Origin: Vicugna vicugna
Lineage: Eukaryota
Reading direction: 5' to 3'
Length of the DNA: 64,000 nucleotides
Assembly (NCBI GenBank): GCA_013265495.1
Contig: MU057801.1
Span: forward strand, 1,481,879 to 1,545,878
Shown here: positions 10,681-22,720 of the stretch, piece after piece
How positions within the stretch are numbered: the first letter of the stretch is position 1
Layout of the letters: every line of letters starts with the position of its first letter
Translations under genes and position numbers: made by a program
Notes under the pieces: model-generated
Database searches by the model: none
What the model was told of the DNA's origin: nothing
The model's input: only the letters and a program-made list of their open reading frames with translations

Positions 10681-12749
10681 TAAAATCAACTTTAACCTGA
10701 TTTTATTTTTTTCCAGTGGAGAGACTAAAACTCAAATATTATCACAGCAAGCAATCAAGAATTTTATTGGGAAAATTGTCAAGTATGTAGCAAGATTTCT
10801 CAGTAAACACTCCAGCACCTAGATCCTGACATCAACATTTTACCGTCTTCGCTCTGTCATGTATCCTTCCATCTAGCCAAAGAATATGGGAAATTTTATT
10901 ACGATTTTGTTGCTCATGAGTTGACTTTGACTTTCAAGAGCTCTTCTGCGCGGTGTGGCTGCAAAACTACCCAGAATAATTTGAAAGCATGTGATTAAAC
11001 GTAGCCTTGATGGTAAAAATACAAGCAATGTAAATAGTTCTGCAGAACAAATTTTAACCATTACACAATCCAGCCTCGTCGGGACTCTGGGTCTCAGATA
11101 AAGAACAATTAAGCCCTTGAAAATGAAACAGGGAGATTTTCTCTCCTGATTCGGGCCTGGTTCTGAGCGTGCGTTCAGTCTGTGATACTTCAGGCTGTAC
11201 ACGCACTGCCTGTGTGTATAAAACCCAACGTGTGCTCTTCTAATAAATGCTGCGAGGGAAACCGTGTGGCGGTGCTGCGTCCTGCGAGCCAGACGCTCTT
11301 CTCCCAGTTTCCTGCTCCCTCACTGGACCCTGGCACCCTGGCTTCTTTTCTCCCTGGCCAAAGCACAGCTCTGTCTCGGAGCCTCTGTTGTCTACCTGGG
11401 GTCTCCCGGGGAGCACACAAAAGTCCATACGTGGTCTGGGTTTTAGCATTTCTGTCTGTCCAGGTTTCGCCTTGATGGCACCAAGAATCTGATCTCCTTT
11501 GAAGATAAATAGAATTACTTTATCCTGTAAACGGTACTGGGAAGCTGAGAATTGGGTTTGAACCTGGGAGACCTGGTTTAGCCCGAGGGTCACGATGCAA
11601 TTTTTAAATGCCGTCTCCCCTCTCCCACCCCCTCCTGCCTTTCCCGGGAGTCCCCTGGGCCCAGAGCCACAGAGATACACTCTTTCTCCAGTTACTCTGA
11701 GGACTGGGGACGTGGCTTATCTGATGAGGGAGGTGGGGACCAGGAGGCAGCATTTGGAGGTAAAGGAAGCTGGTCAGAGGTACAGAAAATCAGAGGCAGA
11801 CTGTAGGAACTGAGTTTGGGCTGATAGGAGAAATGTACTTTGCATCGCTGCCTTGATTTGTTAAACCATTTTTAAAAATCTCGTATGTGGCAGACGTATG
11901 GAAGCACAGTGCCGACCTCAGGCTCTCAGAGACAGCGGGTCCGTTTCCTCCTCCCTGTCCCTTCTGGACTTGGCCTTGGTTGTGCCGGCTGCCCCAGGGT
12001 TGGTCTCTTTCCTGCACAGGGGCGGTATTTCCGCCAGAAAACCCTTCCCTGTGTTTTTCTGCTTATTTTCTGATTTGAAGTCCACTCCTGGCTACTATGC
12101 TATTTCTCGCTCCTGTTGGAACAGGACGTCCAGGGTACATCCCTGGGCTCCGTCTCCCTTCCCCACCCCCTTGTCCCCGGTGGGGCTGCCATTCCCAGCA
12201 CGCCGCTGTCTCTGGTCAAGGCCGCCGGTGGCCTGTCTCGGCAAAGGCCGACGTGCACCGCTCACCTGACCTCTGGGTGGCGGTTGGCGTCGTGGACCAG
12301 TTCCTCCTTCCTGAAGCGCTGCCCCGATCAGATCACTCCTCTGGGTTTTCTTCTGCATCCTCGGTCCCTCCTCTGCCTCCCGAGCTCCGCCTTCCTCTGC
12401 GGCCTGGTCGCTACCCGTTGGCCTGTCTCGGACCTCTGTCCTTGGTCTCCAGCCTGCTCCCTGGGTGACATTAGAAAATGCATGGCCCTCCGCATTGTTT
12501 CTGCATCATTTCCTAGTCAAGTTCCCCAGCCCTGCCTTCTCCCTGAGCAGCGCCCTCGGCATGACGCTGCTTCCCTGCCGTGTCTGCTGGGACACTCCGG
12601 CTGAAGCTAGACTAACGTAGCGGGGCATTTCCTCCACTCGGGCCTCCCTCTTTCGCCCCAAGATTTCCTCACTGCGCGGACTGACACTGCCGCCTCCCCT
12701 AAACCCCCGTTCTCAGCCGTCTACGGAGCTACCCTGATGGTACCAGCTG

Positions 12750-12842
12750 CACAGCCTCAGTTTCTTAATCTGTAAAATTAAGTCTGCTTGGTCTCCTTTA
12801 TTGGGTTGTGGTAGAATGAAATAAAAATGCTTTGCAAATAGC
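12750..12842 (+). mobile_element. MIR core fragment
   Basis: GCCTCAGTTTCTTAATCTGTAAAAT...GGGTTGTGGTAGAATGAAATAA. Confidence 0.7.
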
Positions 12843-13554
12843 AGGATGCTGTCCTGTCCGTGGAGGTCACTTGTCAAAGGATCCACATAAGAGATTCCTC
12901 CCAGAGGTTTTTTTTTCCTGGAAAACAAACATTGTCTTTTTTGACAAACTGGGACATTTCCTCCCTTCCGGCAGCCAGCAGGAACGCTGTAACCCAACAT
13001 GTTTACTTCTTCGCTTTGTCTAACGGGGAGCTCAGAGTGAAATGTCGTATTTCGGCATGCTCACCATTCCTGAGTTTGTTTTCGCTTATATTTACTTTTT
13101 CTCTTTCAAAACATGTCCTATTAATGTTGAATCTCTCTTTTAATGTCACTGTGTGCGTCCACCTTTCATTGCCAGCTGGGTTTTTGGTGGAGATTCTGGG
13201 CACAAGTAAAAAATGGGCCAGTAAATGAACCCGCATCGAAATTCCACAGCCATGACCCATCTGGTCTGGGGGTCATTCTCGTATTTTATTATCAGTAACC
13301 TGGAAGGAAATTTTCACTCAGGTTAAAAGGACTATTTTCAAAGCATTTCCTTTGGGGCAATGAAAACGAAGTAACTGTTCGTGCAGGTTTCAGAGCTTTC
13401 TTATTTTATTCATGTGTTTCTTAAAATGGATATTTTTGGGTAGAATAAGTCATTTTTTCATGTAATTACAGGGCCAGTTTGCTTTGTTTGAAGCGTAAGC
13501 CCTGTTTGCAGCGTGTGGAACCTTGGTAATACGGCCTGTCTGATTTCTGTAATA

Positions 13555-13970
13555 ATCAGGGATTCTGTTCAGTGGCTCGGAACAGAAAACATAGCTGAAA
13601 GCGGTCCTTCTCACGTGGCTGGAGGTGAGTGGTCTGGGGCCAGTGACTGCTAAGATGGGGACTTTGGCCCTCATTGTCCCCAGGATGGGCCCTGCATCTT
13701 TAGGCATTGAGGCTGCATTCCAGGCAGGGAGAGAAGGAAGAGGAAAAGGTAAAAAGTCAGCTGAATCTGAACCCAATTATCTGGAAAACAATACTTCCCT
13801 GGAAGCTCCAAATGGCCTGCATGCTGACGTCTCACTGGGCAGAGCTGGGTCACGTGGCCGCCCCGAGCTGCACGGAGTCCGGACGGCTGAGGACGTGACG
13901 AGGCCCCGGGCTGCCCCGAACCGGACTGGGAGGGCGGACACCGAGGACGCGGCCAGCGGGTCGGCCTCAC
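13555..13970 (-). mobile_element. MaLR LTR (MLT1J/K-like), right part GC-shifted
   Basis: CTGCATTCCAGGCAGGGAGAGAAGG and GTCTCACTGGGCAGAGCTGGGTCACGTGGCCGCCCCGAGCTGCA resemble antisense MLT1J motifs. Confidence 0.65.
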
Positions 13971-15284
13971 TCCCCAGCCGCTTCTGCTTGCTGCTCGGGC
14001 TTGTGGCTGCAGAAGGCCTCCCCTGCCGCTCAGACAGAGGCTCTGAGCCCCGAGGGAGGGAGGGCTGCGGGGGAAGGGGCCTACACAGGCTTCCGTCAGT
14101 GCCGGTACGGACGCCAGCTTTTCCCCACAACAGCTCTTGAGTGATTATACCACTCTGCAGGCCGCCTCTGGACTTCCCATTTTTTAAAAAAAGCTTTCCA
14201 TTTTTTAAAAAAACAATAAGATTCTTAACCCAAAATGCACTAAATAAATACACTATAAGAAGTGACTTTTGGACACTTCACTCATCAACTTACCACCGCA
14301 GCCACTGGTCCAAGCACGTCACTGCGGTAACGGTGAACCGTGGGCCCTGTTTGGTGAACCCACAAAGTTCTGCTCCTTGCATTTCGGCCGAGTGAGGGGG
14401 TGAAGCGACAGCAGCTTCTCTGAGCTCCGGGCTCTTGGATGGGCCGCTCCCGTGAGGCTTGGAGGCTTCCGCGCTCCGCCTTCACCCTGCCCTGGGTTTT
14501 CCTGCACCGTGCATTTACTCCTAGGGGCAGCTGTGTGTGAGACAACCCTTCTACCCCCAAAGTTGAAAAATTAGTGAAGAAACTGCAGAAGAAAGGAAGG
14601 AGAATGAGAGTAATACTTCTCGATCAGATTACATTTTGTATGTAAACTCAGTTTGTTATTTTCATGTTGTTGTTTATTACATCCATTTTTGTTGTTCAAG
14701 TGATATATTCTTCTATCTGTGAATTTTTAAATTTGGGCTGGGATGGAATGCATTATTCACCCCCCCACCATTAATTTTCAAGAAAAAAGTTAAGCATGAA
14801 TGGCTTTCCAGGGATGGACAGATGTTTAAGTATAAGTGGAGGTTGTCAGGGAGGGGACAGCTGTGAGCTATAGTTCTCTGTGCGGATAGATGTTGTGTCG
14901 AGGGTGATGGGGAGCTCAGGCCTGCACGTTGACTTAAACTCTACAGGGGGTGTCACATGCGTTACCTTGTTTAATCCCCCCAGCAGCCCTCGGAGGGCGG
15001 CAGGCACATGGATCCATTCTGCAGGACGTTTCGATGGCTTCCTGCCCCGTCAGTGCAGCTCACGCAGAACTGCACTTCCCGGGACCCCTTCCCACACATA
15101 ATATAGCTCTTGGTCGTGTGAGACCGAAAGGCAGGGGCCGCAGCAGCCCTCGGGGGGCACACAGGTAGGTGCATAGGCTCACCAGGAGGGTGTGGGCTGC
15201 CCCAGCTCCCGCTCATCTCCCTCTTCGGCTCCTCCGAGTCCTGGCTGCCTGGATGCAGCTCTGTGGTGAAGGCATCAGCTTCTT

Positions 15285-15445
15285 CTTTCTTTTTTTTTTT
15301 TTTTAACACCTTTATTGTGGTGTGGTTCCTACAGTAAACCACGCGTATTTCAGATGTACAATTTGGTGAATTCTGATAGATTGCGTACACCCATGAAGCC
15401 ACCGCCACAACCAAGGTAGCTGACATTTCCATCGCTCCCCAAGAG
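15285..15445 (-). mobile_element. L1MB-like 3' end fragment
   Basis: poly-T, CTTTATTGTGGTGTGG...GTACACCCATGAAGCCACCGCCACAACCAAGGTAG...ACATTTCCATC. Confidence 0.75.
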
Positions 15446-15451
15446 GTGCGG

Positions 15452-15806
15452 TTTTCAAATTCCCGATTTATCCCTTCCCACCCTCTTCCCCGCCTTGGTA
15501 AACGTAAGATTGTTCTCTATGTCTGTGAGTCTGTTTCTGTTTTGTAGATGAGTTCATTTGTGTCCTTTTTTTTTTTTTTTTAGATTCCACATATAAGCGA
15601 TATCATACAGCATTTTTCTTCCTCTGTCTGCCTTACTTCACTTAGAGTGATGATCCCCAGGCCCATCCATGTTGCTGCAAACGGCATTATTTTATTCTTT
15701 TTATGGCTGAGCAGTGCTCCATTGCATATATACACCACAGCTTCTTTATCCAGTCCTCCGTCGATGGACATTTGGGTTGATTCCATGTCTTGGCTGTTGT
15801 AAGTGG
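15452..15806 (-). mobile_element. LINE-1 ORF2 end / 3' UTR fragment
   Basis: Minus-strand ORFs give TTAKTWNQPKCPSTEDWIKKLW and KIMPFAATWM, L1 ORF2p C-terminal motifs. Confidence 0.95.
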
Positions 15807-17224
15807 AGGCATCGGCTGCTTCTGAAGGTCGCCTGTGTCATCAGGACTGGAGACGGTGAGAAGGGACATGAGCTCCCGTCTATCCTGGTGGGTCCTTCCT
15901 CAGGTCTGGTCTTCCTCCAGGCGGCCCGCCCTGCTCACCTAGTGACTTGGCCACCCCAGACGCAGAGCAGTGGCCTCTCTAGACTTTCCCACCAGCTCCC
16001 ACAGCGCCCTCACGCTGGTCCCTGCAATGAACCCCTTATTCCATGTCACACACGAGCACATGACCCCCCAGTGAACCCTGATGATACAGAAACCCTCAAA
16101 TTCAGAGAGAAGCTACTCCTCACGCCAGGCCACACAGCTCCTTGGGGGGCCTGAGAAAGTGAGCGACATTTGCCTGACTCCTGTCCCGTGCAGGCCCTGA
16201 CCCGGCGCTGTCAATGCATTTAGTCTTTACGACAAGTGTTACTACCATTTTATAGCTGAGGCAGCTCAATTTTTCTCCAGGCTAGTTTTACAAATAATGT
16301 ATATATGTATTTTTGTGTAAGCTGCTGTCCCAAATTTACTTTTTATGGAGAATCTGATGTGGTAGAAAGATTACTCTGGAGACAAATTTCTGAGAGCAGT
16401 AAATACCAGAAGCCAAGCCCAAAGCTTCAGCGCCTGTTGAGATCGGGAAAGGCAGCACTGACTTATTTTCACTTGAAGTTCTGACTTGGAAAAGAGCCCC
16501 ACAGGGGTGGTTTTCTTCCTGCTCCGAGGCCAGCGGCTGCCGGTTCTTTCGCTGAAGCCCGCGGTGGCCCCAAGGTGTGTGAGATGTGCGGGCTGCAAGG
16601 TTCTGCAGCTGCATCGTCATTTCCCAGAACTCAGAAGAGCGCAGCGCTCAGTGTGGTAAACACCACTTCCATGGAAATGAGGTTTATCCAGGCCGTGTAT
16701 TTGAATTTTCAGCCTGCCCTGCCGTGAAGCAGGCTCATGGGTCGACCAGCTGGCCAGCCGTTTCTTTGTGTTCCGCCTTCCCCAAGCCTTTCGGTCCTCC
16801 AGGCTGGCATTCAAATGCCAGGTCCTGAGCGTGCTTTGCAAGAATCCATTTGAATGCAATTACTAAGCCTCCTTTAGAAGTCCAGCAGTCCCGTCCATTA
16901 TAATAATTGATGTCCAGAAACTTGTTAGAGAGAAAGAATTTAATCAAAGCTAAACGTAATTTATAGGGTAAGCCCGACATACACATATTTTCTCTAAACC
17001 TTGGTTTGATTGGTTTTCATTTTTGGGATGTGTATTTGACATTTGAAACAATTTTGGCCAATAATGCTTTCATTTGAGGCCGAGACTTCTTTGACCTGTG
17101 TATAGAAAATGAGGGTGACGCAAGAGGAATTTGGTGCCGGTGGTGACTGCTGAACTTTCGGGATCATTAAAACGTACTGCTAACGGCATGAAATAAGCAC
17201 GTTTGACTCAGACTTCTCCTGTGG

Positions 17225-17712
17225 GATGGCCTTGGCTCGTTTCCCAAGAGAGCCGCTTCTCCTTCCCCGAAGACTCTACCTCCAGCTGGACAGACCGCTT
17301 CGGTTATCAGGGCTGCAGCCGACGCTGCGGGTGCCCCCCCTCACCCCCCGGTGCTTGTCTCTGACCATCTTAGGACTGACGTCCTCTCACTGGGAGCCGT
17401 CCTTCCTGAGCGGCCCCTGGACTTGCGGGCATGTTGGGCTGGACACAGCCCGGGGAGTTAATGCACCAGGACGCAGCGCCTGGACAGTGACGGCCGGGAG
17501 CTGCCCCTCGCGACGGACAACCACGGTCCCTGTGTGCAGTCCCCCATGGCTCCCCAGTGGGATGGAGGCTCGGCTGACCACAGAAAGCTTTCATACTTAC
17601 ACCACCCTTTACTGGCTGCCTTCCTTCCCTGCATCACGTCCCCACTCCCCCAGCCCCCTCCCACATCATCTGTGTAGCCTCAGCGTCTGCTCTGGGGGAG
17701 CCCAAGTCAGGG
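17225..17712 (+). mobile_element. ERVL LTR (LTR16-family, LTR16C-like)
   Basis: CTCCCCAGTGGGATGGAGGCTC...ACCCTTTACTGGCTGCCTTCCTTCCCTGCATCAC...CTCAGCGTCTGCTCTGGGGGAGCCCAA. Confidence 0.7.
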
Positions 17713-18119
17713 TTGTGACCTTTGTCCCTGGTCCTGCCAGGGCTGCCTTTGTGGGCTCAACCCCAGGAGTCTGGGCTCTTGTGCTGAGAAGGTGTGCAGA
17801 TGAGAGCGGGAGGGCCCACCAGCAGAGAGCTGCTGGGAGGAGTGGGACTCGAGGCCGCCCCTGCAGAGGCCAGGCGGAGACAGGAATGGGAGGTGGGGTG
17901 AGGGGCCGGGCAGCCGGGTGTGGGTTAAGAGGAATAGAACCCTAGTGGCCGAGAGCAGAGGCTTAAAGGGGCCCTGGGACACTGGCCAGCACTCTGTCAA
18001 GTTCCTTCTTCCCCCACCTGCTGGAAGAGGTCCCTCATCCTCTCTGTTTCTTCCCCACCGTCTGTGAGCTGACAACTCTTAAACGAGGAGCCCCACCTCT
18101 GCCAAACCCCAGCTGGATT

Positions 18120-18560
18120 TGTACAGCTCTCTTCTCAGTAGCCAACAGCAGCTGTACCCAGGTGCCCTATGGGCACCTCAAACTCAGCATGTCCTGAGCC
18201 CGTAATCTCCCTTCCACCCCACCCCCAAAGCTCCCTTCCTCAGCATCATTTCCTTCAACTAAAAGCAAGCCGCACACTCCGGGCTGCGGGCTGCTCCTCT
18301 CCCATCTCCCACGTCTGACTCCTCATCCAAACCGCCAGACCCCCTCCTCTGATTCTTCCCGAGTCCCTTCCCCGCCCCGCTGCTTCGGGCCCACATTACC
18401 CCTCATTTCAGCTTTCCAACAGTCCCACGACTCCTTGCACCCCCCCACCCTTCTCCCCATTCACGCTTCCTTCATTTTGTAACTGGAACAGCCTTTCTAA
18501 ATGATGCATGTGTTCATGCCACCCCCCTACCCCGCCCCGAAACTTGGAAGGTCCTCCATC
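18120..18560 (+). mobile_element. L2 LINE fragment
   Basis: GGGCACCTCAAACTCAGCATGTCC and CTTTCTAAATGATGCATGTGTTCATGCCAC are L2 motifs. Confidence 0.65.
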
Positions 18561-19894
18561 ATCTACAGGCCACGTTTCAGTGAGGGCCGGCATGCGAGGG
18601 CTTGCTTGCACGCCCTGCGTTCTCTTGCTTCCAGCCTCTTTCCCCGCCCGTCTGTGGGTCTGTGTCCCTGCTGCTCCAGACCTGCACTTACAGCATATTC
18701 CAAGGCGCGAGGGCACCTCGGGAGGCTCCTGCACGCAAGGGCTTCAGGGAGAGAGCTTGGACAACACTGCCCGCTTTGTCTGCCCTTGGATCTTCAAAAG
18801 GTGCGTCAGCACTTTCCGGACTCAGACGTTCTGAAAGAAAGAAATCTGTTCAATTCTGCTTAACTCAGTGACCCCCAACTTCTCTGGCCGTGGGGCTTCC
18901 TTTCCCCCATCACAGAACGGCCGCCCTTGTGCTGGGGGGACCAGTGCTCCTGGGACGCCAGCCACTTTTTCTAACCACACCAGACTTGACATCTGAAACA
19001 CACGTTAAACTCCAGGACTAGAGTTTTGTTTGTTTGTTTTTTCCTCTCCAGCTGCTCCCTTACTCTGAAATGATTTTACCCCAGTGCCTCTCACACTCCT
19101 AACTCAGCCTTCGGGGTCTAGCTCAGATGCCATGTGCACAGAGCACGCCCCCCTCACCCTGGCCATGCCCATGGCATCCCTGCCCCTCCCTCTCTCCCGC
19201 CCAGGACTTCTAAGTCCCACTGTTATTGGAATGATTTCTTTCTGCCTTGCAGTAAAACTAACTTAAATTCCGGTTCAAATTCAAGATCTTTGAAGATAGA
19301 AGATTTCATTTTCTTTTCTCAAACGTGACCTGCATTGCTGTGCAACTACGTTGACCCCTAAGAGTCTGTCCATGAGCACGTTTCTTTCTGAATTGATTCT
19401 GCAGCCATTTCAGGATTCCTTGCAAAGTCCATCCAAGCAACAGAGGAGCATGATTTGTTCTTAGTCAGATGTGGTGCGAGCCCCAGCCAGGTGGCTTGCC
19501 AGCTGGGGACCTTGACCTTCTGCAGGGCACCTCTGGGGCCGTGGAAGAATCCGTGAGGGCTCGACAAGCCAGTGTTTGGGAGGGGGGAGGCACTTAGACT
19601 GTACCTGGCGCCCAGCTGGTCTCAGAACCACAGAAACGGGCAGTGTGCCGGGGGTAAGGCCGCTACGGGCACCCTCGGTCATGTCCCCACAGCTGCCGTG
19701 CGGGACATGCGTTCTTCCTCTCACTTCACAGGTGAGAAGCTGAGGCTGGACGTGAGCCTTCAGTCTGAGGCTCCACCCCCCGGGGGAAAGCGCCGACTGG
19801 TCAACACAGAGACTCAAGGTGGGGGTCCAACAGGGAAGGGGTGTCGGAACCGTGGCGGGGGGGAGGGCGTGTGGCTGTCACCATCACTTCTGCC

Positions 19895-19998
19895 CTGCCA
19901 GGTCTGGGGCGGAATCACCTTGTTAAAGTCTCAGTTTCCTCATCTGTAAAGTGGGGATAACTGTGGCTTTTTGCCTCACGAGGTTCTGAGAATTAAAG
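19895..19998 (+). mobile_element. MIR core
   Basis: GTCTCAGTTTCCTCATCTGTAAAGTGGGGATAA...GAGAATTAAA. Confidence 0.85.
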
Positions 19999-20110
19999 CA
20001 GGGCCAGGCTGGCGTGCAGAGGGGCTGGCGGGAAGTTTGGGGAGCGGGGCTCTGCGGGTGTCCTTGTCACTGTTACAACCACCTCATTGTCATCGCCCAC
20101 GAGGGCGGAA

Positions 20111-20129
20111 GACTGCCACCTGGTGGTCA
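20111..20129 (-). promoter_or_regulatory. candidate CTCF binding site
   Basis: Reverse complement TGACCACCAGGTGGCAGTC contains CCACCAGGTGGCAG, a full match to the CTCF core CCASYAGRKGGCRS. Confidence 0.55.
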
Positions 20130-21313
20130 TGCAAATGGAGGCACCCGCAGGGGTTGTCAGAGATCTTCTCACTAGAGCGGGAGGGCTTCGCTGGCCCCTG
20201 AACTTCCCTTCCCTTGTCCACCGAAAACCAAAGAGCAGGAGAGCCTCCCTCAGGGACCTGGGACAGAGTACCTGGGAAACACGGAGCCCATGACAGTGCA
20301 GGAGCAGGTGTGACCGCACGTCTGCCTGTGTGGACGGGGACCCAAGCTGGGGTGCCACTGCCAAGGGCGTGAGGTGGCCCCGGGGCAGTGTTTCCGGCCG
20401 CTCCTCCCCCAATGAAGCCCTGACTGGTCCCCTGCCAGCTGCCGATCCCTTGGTGTCCACCCTTCTCCGGCCCCCCAGGTATCTGTGAGTCTCTGGGCAG
20501 GGCGCAGCGGCCTCCTCCTGGGCCCTCGGAGGGAGGGAGACCTGGGTGCTCAGCACTCAGGCCACCCCAGCGTCTCAGCCCACCCGCCCTGTCTCCCTCT
20601 CCATCCTCGCGCCTCCTGTGTCCGTCACCTCGGGCCTCTCACAGCCGAGGCTTCAGGGCCCTTGTTCACCCTCGAGCTGGAATATCCTTTATCTCAATTT
20701 CCTCTGATTTAAATCTCTTCCATCCCAAGTGACATCAAGTGCTTCCCTTCCACGAAGGCCTGCCTGCTCAGCCAAGACAAAAGGCACATCCCCCCCATCC
20801 CCCCGGGAAGGCCTCCGTCCGCAATCCGGTCCCCACGGGAGGTTCCTTCACCTTCTGCCGCAGCCGCCAGGTGGTCCCCCCACTGTGATGGCTGGACGTC
20901 GACACGCTTGTGCTCCTGAGGCCGGGAGCCCTCGTCGCGGTAAGCGGCCGTGGCTATCTGCTTCCAGGCAGGTCTGGGCAGGAGCTTTGCTTCTGGGACT
21001 GTCTCCGCACTGGATATTGAGCCAGGCCCCCAGCCTCTCCCTGTGACTCATGGTTCCTATGATCACTGTTGTGTCATTGATGTCGTAGGTTCTCTGATCG
21101 CTGAATAACGCAGCTGCAGCCAAACTGAGCTGGTCAGCACATCCATTCGCCCGTCCTCCAGGGCACCCAGCTGGACCTCATTTCTCAGCCTCCCTCAGGG
21201 TAGTGGGGGCATTTCCCAAAGGAGTGTGAGCAGGAGTGATGCTTCCCGCTTCCGGGCCTGGCCCCCGAGACCTCCAGGGAAACCCTCCAAGCCCCTTGCC
21301 GTCCCTGGAGCAA

Positions 21314-21835
21314 TGATGGAGGCCACGTTTTGAAGATGGGGGTGGTGGCCAGATCCCGTGTTCATGGCGCTGTGCCATCCTCTGCCACACTGACCACAGT
21401 GTTGTGTGTCAACAATAGGACATTTCAGAGGTGGCAGTGTGACTTCCAAGGCTAGGTCATAAAAGCCCTGGGGCTTCTGTCTTGCTGGCTCCTGGACCTC
21501 TCCCTCTAGTGGGAGCCAGCTGTGGTGTCATGAGGACAGGGAGCAGTTTTATGGGGTGTCCGTGCAGTGGAGAGCTGAGACCCCCTGTCAGCCCCCACAC
21601 AAACCCTCAGTCTTGGGAGGGAGCCTTTTTCTATGTGGATCCTGCGGCCCCAGTCCAGTCTTCAGATGACACAGCCCTGGTCAAAATTTTAACCACAAAT
21701 TCACGAGACTCTGGGCGGAATCATCCAGCAATACTGCTCTCAAATTTCTTACCCATGGAAACTGATCTTATTTATTGTTGTTTTAAGCCACTAAGTTTTG
21801 GGGTAACCTGTTACACAGCAACAGCTAACTAATAG
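21314..21835 (+). mobile_element. MaLR solo LTR (MLT1F-like), near full length
   Basis: GTGTGACTTCCAAGGCTAGGTCATAAAAG; end TTGTTTTAAGCCACTAAGTTTTGGGGTAACCTGTTACACAGCAACAGCTAACTAATA. Confidence 0.9.
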
Positions 21836-21999
21836 AGGGGCCTCAAGACGGAAGGGGCTGAATCCCTGAATGCCTTGCTGGATGGGAGCTTCTGCTGAGA
21901 TGTGGGGCTTTACCTCTAAGGGGCTTAAACTTTGTTAGCCTCACGATAAACCTGTCTTTGTCAGACCCCAGCCCATATCTCTGTCTATTCAGGTCCTCC

Positions 22000-22196
22000 T
22001 TTTATGACCATTAGTAAAATTTTATAATTTTCTTTCTGTAGGTGTTGAGTTTTCTTGCTTATTTCTGTTTCTAGACACTTATTACTGGTGCTGCCATTGT
22101 GGATTGGATTCTTTGTTCTACTTCATTTCCTTTCTTCCTCCCTTCCTTCCTCCCTTTCTTCCTCCCTTCCTTCCTCCCTTTCTCTCTTTCTTTCTC

Positions 22197-22251
<55 letters not shown>

Positions 22252-22720
22252 GCTAGCAGTTAGGAACCTAAATGATCTGTGTGTGTTGATCTTTTTATTC
22301 CACGACTCTGCTCAATTCTCACATGGATAAAAAAATTGCCAATTAATTTTGGATTTTCCACATAATCATATCATACACAGAAAATAACAGTCTTCCTTTC
22401 TTTGCCAGCGTCTTTTTCTCTTTTTCTTATTTTTTTGTGTTGGCAAGTTCTTCCAATAGGGTGTGAAATGGTTGTGGTGGGGGCAGTCAGCCTTGTCCTT
22501 CGAGCGAGTCGCCGGTAAGCACGGTGCTTGCTGGGGGTTGCTAGTGAACAGCTGACGTCTAGTTTGCCAAAATTCTTTTTAAATGAAAATTGTTTTTGAA
22601 TTGTATCAACTGCATGATTTCTGAGGGTTTTGTCCTATGCTATTCTGTTTTGCTAACGGTACGAGAAGTTATTCGTTGCCATTGGTTACTAAAGAAGTTT
22701 TGGGTCTCGTCCCAATGTAA
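22000..22720 (-). mobile_element. ancient L1M ORF2-region fragment interrupted by a pyrimidine microsatellite
   Basis: TGTGTGTTGATCTTT, TTTTGGATTTTCCACATAATCATATCAT, CAGCCTTGTC in antisense L1 ORF2 order. Confidence 0.65.
22126..22251. repeat. pure polypyrimidine compound microsatellite (TTCC/TTTC)n
   Basis: 126 consecutive pyrimidines on the + strand. Confidence 0.97.
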
